A DNA stretch of 64,000 nucleotides, taken from positions 11,134,978 through 11,198,977 of the forward strand of contig NC_083409.1 in the NCBI RefSeq assembly GCF_020745735.1, read 5' to 3'. Positions 51,434 to 61,495 of this stretch are shown here, piece by piece. A program made the translations under genes and the position numbers. The first letter of the stretch is position 1; each line of letters begins with the position of its first letter. The notes beneath the pieces were generated by a model. It saw only the letters and a program-made list of their open reading frames with translations. It searched no databases and was not told the DNA's origin. The stretch comes from Hemiscyllium ocellatum. Taxonomy: Eukaryota.

Positions 51434-51656
51434 TTAGATTACTTACAGTGTGGAAACAGGCCCTTCGGCCCAACAAATCCACTCCTAACACTATGGGCAA
51501 TTTAGCATGGCCAATTCACCTAACCTGCACATTTTTGGACTGTGGGAGGAAACCATAGCACCTGGAGGAAACCCACGCAGACAGAGGGAGAATGTGCAAA
51601 CTCCACACAGAGAGTAGCCTGAGGTGGGAATTGAATACTGTGCCACCGTGCCGCCC
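51434..51656 (-). mobile_element. HE1/V-type SINE with internal deletions
   Basis: Tail, core and head are present; two segments are missing relative to the 37181 copy. Confidence 0.85.
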
Positions 51657-54222
51657 ACATATTGCCATCATCTAATGAATTAATGTGAGAGGATTAGAGA
51701 CCCATAACAGCGAGAGTGTGGTGGACCCGAGGCTTAAAGGCAGACAGCAAAGAGCTGCATTATTCCTTCTCAGGGCATTAATATCATTGACAAGCCTCAT
51801 ATTTATTGCCATCTCCAGCTGCTCGGACTGAGTTCTTTGCTGAGGGAGTTCATGGGGCCATTAAGAATGAATCATGTCACTGTGGGACTGGGGTCACAGA
51901 CCGGGTGATGACTGGGATCCCTTGCCTAAAGAACATTTGTGAACATGACATTGAGTTTAATGGTTTTTGTTTGTACCCATCCCAGCACCTTCCTTCCCAG
52001 AATGGGAAGGCCACGTTGGGTTTGATGCTGGTTAATGAAACTGGCCAGCTATTAGATTTGGAGGTAGGTGAGCACTTTGATGATAGTGACCACAATTTGG
52101 TTTTGTTTACCAGACCAATAGAAAGAGATAGATATATACTACAGGGCAAAGGTTATTAGTGGAGGAAAGGCTACTATGATGCGATTAGGCAAGATTTAGG
52201 ATGAATAGGGTGGGGGAAGGAAACTGCAGGGGATGGGCACAACTGAAATGTGGAGCTTACTCAAGGAACAGTGACTGCATGCCTTTGATAAGTAAGCACC
52301 TGTCAGGCAGGAAGCAAGTGGCCGAGCGAGGGAGCTGTGGTTTACTAAAGAAGTTGAATCTTTTGTCAAGAGGAAGAAGGAGGCTATGTTAGGATGAGAC
52401 CTGAAGGCTCAGTTAGGGTGCTTGAGAGTTACAAGTTAGCCAGGAAAGACCAAAAGAGAGAGCTAGGAACTGCCAGGAGGGGACATGAGATGTTGTTGGT
52501 GGATAGGATTAAGGATAATGCGAAAGCTTTGTATAGGTATATCAGGAATAAAAGAATGACTAGAGAAAGATTAGGGCCAATCAAAGAGAGTAGTAGAAAG
52601 TTGTACGTGGAGTGCAAAGAGATGGGGAAGTGCTAATGAAAATTTTTCCTCAGTATTCGCACTGGAAAAAGACAACGTTGTCAAGGAGAATACTGGGATA
52701 CAGGTTACTAGACTGACAGGATTGACATTCACAAGGAGGAGGTACTAGCAATTCTGGAAAGTGTGAAAATAGATAAGTTCCCTGGTCCGGATGGAATTTA
52801 TCCTGGGATTCTCTGGGAATCCAGGAGATTACAGAGACCTTACCTTTGATCTTTATGTTGTCATTGTCTATTGGAATAGTGCCAGAAGACTGGAGGATGG
52901 CAAATGTTGTCCCCTTGTTTAAGAAGTGGAGTAGAGACAACCCTGGTAATTATAGACCAGTGAGCCTTACTTCGGTTGTGGGTAAAATGTTGGAAGAGGT
53001 GAGTAGAGATAGGATTTATAATCATCTAGAAAAGAATAAATTGATTAGGGATAGTCAACACTTTAGATCGGGCCTCATAAACCTTACTGAATTCGTTGAG
53101 AAGGTGACCAAACAGGTGCATGAGGGTAAAGCAGTTGATGTGGTGTGTATGCACTTCAGTAAGGCATTGGATAAAGTTCCCCACGATAGACTATTGCACA
53201 AAATACGGAGGCATGGGATTGAGGGTGATTTAGTGGTTTAATCAGAAGTTGGCGAGCTGAAAGAAGACAGAGCATGGTTATTGGTGGATAATGTTCATCC
53301 TGGAGTTCAGTTACTAGTGGTGTAACGCAAGCATTTCTTTTGGGGCCACTGCTGTTTTTATAAATGACCTGAATGAGGGCATAGAAGGATGGGTGAATAA
53401 ATTTGTGGATGACACTGAGGTTTGTGGAGTTGTGGATAGTGCTGAAGGATATTGCAGGTTACACAGAGACAGGGATAAGCTGCAGAGCTGGGCTGAGAGG
53501 TGGGAAATACAGAGTTTAATGCAGAAAAATGTGAGGTGATTCACTTTGGAAGGAGCAATAGGAATAAAGAGCCCTGGGCTAATGGTAAGGTGCTTAGTAG
53601 TGTAGATGAGCAGAGAGATCTCGGTGTCCATGTACACAGATCCTTGAAAGTTGCCATCCAGTTTGACAGGGTGGTTAAGAAGGCTTATGGTGGATTAACT
53701 TTTATTGGTAGAGAGGTTGGGTTTAGGAGTCATGAGGTCATGCTGCAGCTGTACAAACCTCTGGTGTGGCCACAATTGGAGTATTTCATTCAGTTGTGGT
53801 CACCGCATTAAAACAAGGATGTGGGAATTTAAGGATTCCGAGGAAATATACTAGGATGTTGCCTGGCATGGAGGGATGGCGTTATGAAGAAAGGATGGGG
53901 GACTTGTGGCTGTTTTTGTTAGAGAGAAGAAGGTTGAGAGTTGTCTTAATTGCGATATACTAAGATAATCACAAGGTTAGATAGGGTGGACAGTGAGAGC
54001 CTTTTTCCTCAGATGCTGAGAAGACATAGGTTTAAATTGAGGGGTGATGGATATAGGAGAGATGTCAGAAGTAGTTTCTTTACCCAGAGACTCGTAGGGG
54101 CATGGAATGCACAGCCTGCAACAGTAGTAGACTCGCCAACACTAAGGGCAATTAAATGGTCACGGGATAAACATATGGATAAAAATGGAATAGTGTAGGA
54201 TAGATGGGCTTCAGAATAGTTC

Positions 54223-54587
54223 TGAAAATGTGTTGCTGGTTAAAGCACAGCAGGTTAGGCAGCATCCAAGGAACAGGAAATTCGACGTTTCGGGCCAGAG
54301 CCCTTCATCAGGAATGAGGAGAGTGTGCCAGGCAGGCTAAGATAAAAGGTCGTGAGGAGGGACTTGCGGGAGGGGCGATGGAGATGTGATAGGTGGAAGG
54401 AGGTCAAGGTGAGGGTGATAGGCCGGAGTGGGGTGGGGACGGAGAGGTCAGGAAGAAGATTGCAGGTTAGGAGGGTGGTGCTGAGTTCGAGGGAATCGAC
54501 TGAGACAAGGTGGGGGGAGGGGAAATGAGGAAACTGGAGAAATCTGAGTTCATCCCTTGTGGTTGGAGGGTTCCCAGGCGGAAGAAG
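54223..54587 (-). mobile_element. Young 365-bp Penelope-like element 3' fragment with 10-bp TSD
   Basis: Minus-strand peptide FFRLGTLQPQGMNSDFSSF resembles a PLE C-terminus. The tail carries a hammerhead core. AGAATAGTTC is duplicated at 54213-54222 and 54588-54597. Confidence 0.85.
54280..54315 (-). ncRNA. Minimal type-I hammerhead ribozyme motif
   Basis: Minus strand 5'-AUUC CUGAUGA A GGGC UCUG GCCC GAAA CGUC GAAU-3'. Stem I AUUC/GAAU, stem II GGGC/GCCC, conserved core boxes, palindromic ACGU stem III and a GUC cleavage triplet. Confidence 0.8.
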
Positions 54588-54739
54588 AGAATAGTTCCCC
54601 AGGTCGGTGCAACACCGAGGGTTAAAGGGCCTGTACTGCGCTGTAATGTTTTATGTTCCAGATTTGACATTGCTCACCTCTGCCCTCTCCAGGACAATTA
54701 GGGAAGGACAACAAATAGCAGACAAATCAAAGTTTGCCC

Positions 54740-56010
54740 TGTCCCAGGAGAAATGAAAATAAACAATTCAAATGATTAAACTGGTGAGGCTTGAACTCAT
54801 TGCTTTGAAAGGCTGGAGCATCGGCCATGACATGGGTGAGCCTGCATTTTTAAATTGCAAGGTGGAGTCCCCTACGGATCAGGCACAAAATGAGTTACAC
54901 TCAAAGACCGAACAAATGGCAACCACAGTGTGTCACCAAACTGCAATAAACAGCAATTTGTCAGGAAGAACACAAGAGAAAGCCATTAGTGGGTGTAAGA
55001 GGGTAAGACAGCCAAGTGTCAGATGTCATTGAATGCACCATAAATACGTTGAAGCTGTTGGGATAGAGCAGGGCAATGGGATTAATTGAATTTTTCTGTT
55101 GACAGCTTTCCTGGTTGTAATGACTCAGAACGTTAAAGGATGAAGTGTAGCTCATATTGTAAACAATGTACTGCAGTGGGCAAGAAAGGATGTTGAGCAA
55201 CATAAATACTTAAAATTGGGAAAGAAAATCAGACAAAAGAAATGGGAAAGGCCAATGGGACTTTGGAATGAATATTGAGAGTGAGGAGATGGAGGGGAGA
55301 TTGGCCAGGACAGCTGGACTGAAGAATGGTTAGGTCACATCTGGGATATGGTGTACAGTTATGGGCTTCCACGAGGGGCAATGCAGATTGGACAGGGATA
55401 GGGGATCTAGGTTACAAGGAAATGCCAGAACAGGATCTCGAGGGGGGAGGGAGGGTATTCTGATAACAAAACTTCTTTATGAAATCGACACAGTAAATGT
55501 AGATTTACTGTCAATACTGACAAACAGAAAGGCAAAATGACACATTCTCTGGTCATTCACCAAGTACAGGAAGGAGATCAGGAAAACTAATTTGACGCAG
55601 AGATTGGAATTTAGTGAGTGCTGGTAAACTGGGTCCTCCATTCAATATGGGACAGAATTACTTCTTGGAATTTGAACAGGTCTGAAGCAAAAGAGCAAAT
55701 TAGGATCAAATAGTCATTTGACAATATTGAACTGGCCTGAAAAATGCCCAGTGTTTGGCAGCTTTTCATTTTGCCCTCATCAGGATAATTGTAAAAGTAC
55801 CAATCAAAGGAGAAAAACATGACATTGATATTGCATATGAGGAAAGTGCTGACAGACTGAGGTGTTGTCACTATGAACACGCCAGTTTAAATATTTTTTT
55901 CCTTTGCTGTGGCATTTCTTGTAAATTGTCCTGATGCATGCAAGACAAAAAGCTTCAACAAAATGTTTTGTTTTTCGCAACATTCAAATTAGGATCAGTT
56001 TGGAGAGAAA
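54740..56010 (+). repeat. Left arm of a ~1.3-kb inverted duplication (partner 61496-62898)
   Basis: Multiple colinear anchors match in reverse complement, e.g. CCCAGGAGAAAT, GAAAGGCAAAATGAC and GGATCAGTTTGGAGAGAAAG. Confidence 0.85.
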
Positions 56011-57189
56011 GAATGAAGATGGAAATGTATTAAGTTAACAATGAAAATTGATCTAAATTCAGCAGAGACCAGGATAGTTTCACCTTGAACTTAATACAGG
56101 AATTACCAGGTGAAGTTTAATCACTGGACTGAGTTAACCACCTTCCATCAGTTTGATTGTTTGAATTGTCCATCAGTTATGTTGATTACTCCTGGGATGG
56201 GGAGAGCATTGACGTGTCTGCTATTTATTGTCCTTCCCTAACTATCCTGGAGAGGGCGATGGTTAGCCATGAGTTTCTTGCTGAGGATCTGACAGAGTAA
56301 CAAGATCATAAGACACAGGAGTGGAAGTAAGGCCATTCGGCCCATCGAGTCCACTCCACTGGGCCTTAGTACAGCTGTCCCTCAGGAGAATGAGCTGTAA
56401 CACAAGGGAAAACCTGGGAGTGGTGAAAAGGCACAGGCAGACCGGCTAGGCTGCAGAGGGACAGAACCAGTTTTGATGAATGAGCTGACGTCCTTCCGAG
56501 CTGAGTTGCAGACTCAGGCTTTCAGGGCCGCACAGCTTACACTGTTACTGACCATAGCTCCGTGATTGACGAGACCTGCCCCAGGAGAACATCCACAGAA
56601 AGCTGCCTCCTGTGTGTCTGATGTGTCTGTGTGTCTCTCAGACATGACTGAGCAGCAACAAAAGATTACTCGAGTGCCCGCCCCCCCCCCCCCCGCTACT
56701 TTCACCCATCAACTTACAAACTCTTTCTGGGGAAAGGGTTCAGCACCTGCCATCGCCTGCTTCAATGTGTCCTACAACCCACCTCAAGACAACAGACCCC
56801 ACTGCCCCCTGCCCCTATCATCTGTTCACCATCTCTCTCCTGAAGGCACTATCTCTGGCTGGGAAACATCTCGAGCCTCCCCAGGTGGTCTCATTCCTCC
56901 AAGTGTGGGCTGGGATGGGGAAGCAAGGCAGGCCATTGGACTGGGAGGTATCAACCTGGTCTCAGTGGGGAGCACTCTCCCCTCACACTCACAATGTAGC
57001 AGACTGGGTGGATGAGCCATTGGGAAATGCAGGTTGCAGGGATAGTGCAGTGGTTTAGATCTGGGTGGGATGCTCTTCGGAGGATTGGTGTGAACTCATT
57101 GGGGTGAATGGCCTGCTTCAACATTGTACAGATTCCATCATTACGTGATTCTATCACTGAAGCAAATTATCAAGGCCGAGAGTGCAGTG

Positions 57190-57645
57190 CAGCGCTGAGG
57201 GAGTGCAGCACTGTCAGAGGGTCAGTACTGAGGGAATGCAGCACGTCAGAAGGACAGTACTGAGGGAGTGCCACACTATTGGAGGGTCAGTACTGAGGGA
57301 ATGTTGCCCTAATGATGGGTCAGTACTGAGGGAGTGCTGCACTGTCAGAAGGTCAGTACTGAGACAGTGCCACACTGTCAGAGGGTTCGTACTGAGGGAA
57401 TGCCGCACTGTCAGAAAGTCAGTACCGTGAGAGTGCTGCACTATCAGATATTTCATGCTGAGGGAGTGCTGCACTGCTGGTGTGTCAATACTGAGGGAGT
57501 GCAACACTGTCAGAGGTTCAGTGCTCAAAGACTATCTTTCAGATGGGATGTTCTGATGTCTGCCCTCTCAGGGGGCAGTAGAAGATGCCATGACTCTATT
57601 AGAAGAGCAGAGCAGATCCCCATGGTGTCCTGGTCAATATTTAAC
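57190..57645 (+). mobile_element. Deu-domain SINE-like sequence with its 33-bp segment amplified about 10 times
   Basis: Tandem CAGTACTGAGGGAGTGCTGCACTGTCAGAGGGT units followed by ...tctttcagatgggatgtt...ctgccctctcagg...gaagagcag...tgtcctggtcaatattt. This resembles the AmnSINE1/SacSINE1 Deu domain as I recall it. Confidence 0.6.
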
Positions 57646-58028
57646 AAATATACCTTTTAGAAAATACCTGGATGAGCGCCTGAAATATCCGAACATTCAA
57701 TGCTTTGGACCCAGTTCTGGAAAGCTGATGGAGAGTAGCTTTAGTTTTGCCTTGGTGGGACAGACATGATCAGATGAGGGACCTCTTCTACACTGTATGA
57801 TTCTCTGATTCTGTGAAACCTCTGGCTGATGACCATGTATTGTCCGCCCTCGGCTGATGAGTCAGTCTCTCCTCCATGTTGAACAGCACTTGGAGGAAGC
57901 TCTGAGGGTAGTGAGGGCACAGACTGTACTCTGGGTGGGGGACTTCAATGTCCACAATCAAAAAGGAATTTAAAAAACATCGGGTTTGTTAGGTATCCGA
58001 TACAAATATTCAAACTGATACTTCTGCG

Positions 58029-58115
58029 GTCCAACGCTCATTCTCCTGTGTCCTCACCCACGTGACCCTCCCCTCTCCCCTCAGCAAGAGCACCAGGAGA
58101 TCAGAATGTGTGTAG
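58029..58115 (+). pseudogene. IGKC: Ig kappa-type C exon copy 3, 3' remnant only
   Basis: Retains ...CVLTHVTLPSPLSKSTRRSECV* and a full 3' UTR. About 310 bp (splice acceptor plus about 80 codons) are missing relative to C2. Confidence 0.92.
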
Positions 58116-58772
58116 TGTGTTTGAGACAGTCCACAGAGGAGACACAACTTTAAATAGAACAGGGCTGAGCTGGCAGGACAAAGGTCATTGTCAGCACTGA
58201 ATTTCAACTCTCTTCCTTCTTGAGACTGGCCTCTGGGAGACTCTGAGGTTCAGGGGTTAAGGCAGGTTACTGTGACACTGTAGAGAGAGCTTCACTCTGT
58301 ACCCAAACAGTGCTGTCCCTGTCCTGGGAGTGTTTGACGAGGACAGTGTGGAGACAGCTTTATTCTGTTTCTTATCCTGTCCCTGTCCTGGGTGTTTTGG
58401 TGGGAACAGTACGGAAAGAGCTTTACTCTGGATCTGACCCTATTCTGTCCCTGTCCAGGAGACTGTTTGTTGGGGACAGTGTTGAGTTGTAATAACAAGC
58501 ATAACCTTTCAAAGATTGAAAACTGTGAGCTGTATAAAAACAATGTGAACCTCAGAAGTCTCTGCTTCAGTAAACCAGATCTCCTTCCTGCTCAGCCACC
58601 AGTTCCAATTTAAGGTTTTGTCACTGTTTAAAGGGACAGGATTCTCAGGTTATTGAGAAAATCTCCACAAGTGTTTTCCTCAAGCTCCATTGTGGCTGTG
58701 AATTTGAGCAGCTTCCTCTGTCTGGGCTGTTAATTGCTGACTGTTTTCTGTCAATGTCAATCTGGAAAAGGG

Positions 58773-58778
58773 AATAAA
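58773..58778 (+). terminator. Poly(A) signal of C copy 3
   Basis: AATAAA at the same aligned position as in C2. Confidence 0.65.
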
Positions 58779-60449
58779 GATGAAGAAGATTCAGTCTCTG
58801 TCTCGTGTGTGCTTTGGAAATGGCCCGAGCTGAAGCCTCAGGGAAAGGGTGTGTGAAGTGTTAACCTCCACCCTCAAGGCACGGGACACGAAGGGGAGAA
58901 TAGCGAGGGCAATGGGGTCCCGGGAGCAGGAGGGCATTACTACAGTTAGGGACAGAAGGGGCACTTTCAGCAGGAATGCAGGGCCCTGAGAAAATCATCC
59001 CCAATAAATGGAGTAAAGAAGGAAGGTATGTTGGAGTTTAGAAAGAACGAAGAATCATGTTGAGAGTGAGCTGAACTCAGAGTGTAGATGGGGAAGGTCC
59101 AAACCCAGAGTGGGGAGGGAACCTTTCACTCCATAACCCTCCATCCACCATGGTGGTGCTCTGAAGGGCAGTACCCATCCTGAATACCTGTGCCTGATGA
59201 ATGGAGAAGAGCTTGTGTCCATACGTGTGTGGGTGGGGAATAGGGAACATATTGAGTTATATATCATTATATCTCACCCACAGATGCATCCATCAAAACC
59301 ACTGAGACCAGCCCCCTCCAGTGGAGAACGAACTGAAGGGGTTCCTGGGGGTCTCTGTGATGGGAGGGCTATCAAAACCAGAGAGTGGAAGGGTGGGCTC
59401 CCTGGGCACTCAATGGCAGTGTATCTGAACATAATGGAGTGAGCTCACTCAGGGAGTGTTCAGAGCAGATTGGCTCATTGCTGTCGGACTGGCAGTGGGT
59501 CATTACACAGTTGGTCATTTTGAACATGTTCTGGTCCATATCGGGTCAGGGAAGGCTGAGGACCAGGACAAGTTCACCTTCACGTTTAAAGACCAACAAT
59601 ATTGATGGAGCTGCCTGTGCCAAGGGTTCCCCAATAGTCTCTCCATCTTCCAGCAGAGCGTGGCACAGGGCTGTGAGAGTTCAGGTCAGCTCCCCCAAAC
59701 AGTTTGCACAGTGTGTGGCTGACTTGCTGCTGGTTGTGGGAACTGAAGAGGAGGACGTGTCCCTTTGGGATGACAGAATTCCCAGGAGTTGCTCGGAGGG
59801 ATCCCGATGTTGATCCCTTCCCTGGAATAGCAGGTGAAAAACTGCTGCATTGCTCAGGCCTTGATGTCAAGTGCTGTCACTCTGCCCTCACCTCACTCAC
59901 ATGGTCAGGGGGAGCTCAGTCCACTGACTCACATTTATCTGAAAGAATTCCACTTGTTACTGATCAGCCCATCGGACCCTCCCAGCCCGTCTATATCCTC
60001 ATGTCATCTTGTACTGCTTCGGGACACCCCAATTCGGGAGGGTCAATAAATGGAAAGCACTAAAACTTTAATTCAGATACTGAAGACAATTACTGGTTTA
60101 ATAGAGGAATGGATATCTTTCATTTGTAAATGGGATCAACATTTCTTTATTGAGTTAAAGTGACTCAGGTTAAATACATCTGTAGTGAATGTATAAATCT
60201 ACAACAACTCCCACACAGGGTGTTTGGATTGGAGGCTAAGTTGAAAGTATTGGTGACACATCAGGGAGGTGCAGAGATACCTGGAGACTTTGTCCCAGAA
60301 GGATGTTATAAGCCTCAGGACCAGGCAGTCCAATTCCATGTGTAGTAAGGGGCATGAATATCTGACTATGAAGATGGCAGGTAAGGATTTGGAGAGCACT
60401 GTAGGACAGGAAAACCCCCCACTCTTGCTGTAGTTGTGGGTATGCTCAC

Positions 60450-61070
60450 TGAGCTGGGAAGTTGATTTGTAAACATTTTGTCCCCTGTCTCGGTGACATC
60501 TTCAGAGCTTTGGAGCTTCCTGTGAAGTGCTGTTGTGCTGTGTCTTCTGGAACTTATTTGGTTCCATTCCTGCTGTTTCCAGTTATTGGTTCCTGATGTT
60601 CATTGCAGTGGTCGGTATACTGGGTCTAGGTCAATGTGCTTATTGATGGAGCCCATGGATAAGTGTCATGCCTCTAGAAATTCTCTGGCTGTCCTCTGTT
60701 GAGCTTGTCCTATGATCATAGTGTTGGCCCAGTCGAATTTGTGGTCCTTGTCATCTGTGTGTATAGCTACTCGGGACAGCTGCTCATGGGGTTTAGTGGC
60801 TCGTTGGTGTTCATGGATGTGGATGGCTAGTTGTCTGCCTGTTTGTCCGAGGTGTTTCGTGCAAACGTTGCATGGATTCTTGTAAATTACATCTGTCTTT
60901 CACACGTTGGGTATGGGCCTTTTGTTCTCGTGGGTTGTCTGAGCGTGGCTGTCAGTTTCTGGGCAGTTTATGAGTGGTTGGAGTTCTGTGATGTTTTTAT
61001 ATAAGGTAGTGTGGCTAGTGAGTTAGGTCGTGGCATACCCTCATCGCGTTGTTTGTCTGTTATGCATCTG
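60450..61070 (-). mobile_element. Penelope-like element GIY-YIG endonuclease fragment and tail
   Basis: Minus-strand peptide DVIYKNPCNVCTKHLGQTGRQLAIHIHEHQRATKPHEQLSRVAIHTDDKDHKFDWANT...AREFLEA; stop at about 60600; degenerate hammerhead at about 60470-60505. Confidence 0.85.
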
Positions 61071-61495
61071 TGGATGAAGTTGCGGGAATATCTGTTCTTG
61101 GCAAAGTCTTTGTAGAAGTGTTCTTCTCTTTGCAGATTGGGAGTGCTGCAGTGGGTTGTAGCCCTTTAGAACAGGTTCCTAATGCAACTTCTCCTGTGTG
61201 TGGGGAGGGTATAGGCAGAGAGGAAGAGGCAGTGCAGCCATTGTGCAGCATCCATTGTCGAGTTGTCCCATTTCCAATCCCACTGCAATGTCATTGTCTG
61301 CCCTGACACCAAGCAGATGCTCCCATCACAAGAGGCTCCATGGCCCTGAGGACTGTGAGAGTGAGCCCTGTCCATTCAGCTCGATCATCAAGCTCCAGCC
61401 TTCCTGATGTGGTGGCAGCCAGGAGAATCCTGCCCATGGGAGATTCCACACACACTCCCTCCCTCCCTGCAGGGAAAGATGATTCCATGGCCCTG

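Larger units (their letters stand above)
51960..54690 (+). mobile_element. Long decayed CR1 (end of endonuclease, RT, 3' UTR) with a nested Penelope fragment
   Basis: Peptides VPEDWRMANVVPLFKK...NYRPVSLTSVVGKML, FNAEKCEVIHFGRSN and FFTQRLVGAWNAQP. The 3' UTR is split at 54222/54588. Confidence 0.9.

Noticed and set aside
57190-57525. CRISPR-like array
   Set aside because: The units are contiguous tandem repeats without unique spacers, in a vertebrate genome with no cas genes.
58830-60050. ORFs of 80-142 aa as an unknown gene after C3
   Set aside because: Overlapping short frames with no splice structure; it looks like an old minus-strand LINE remnant, though I cannot assign the family.
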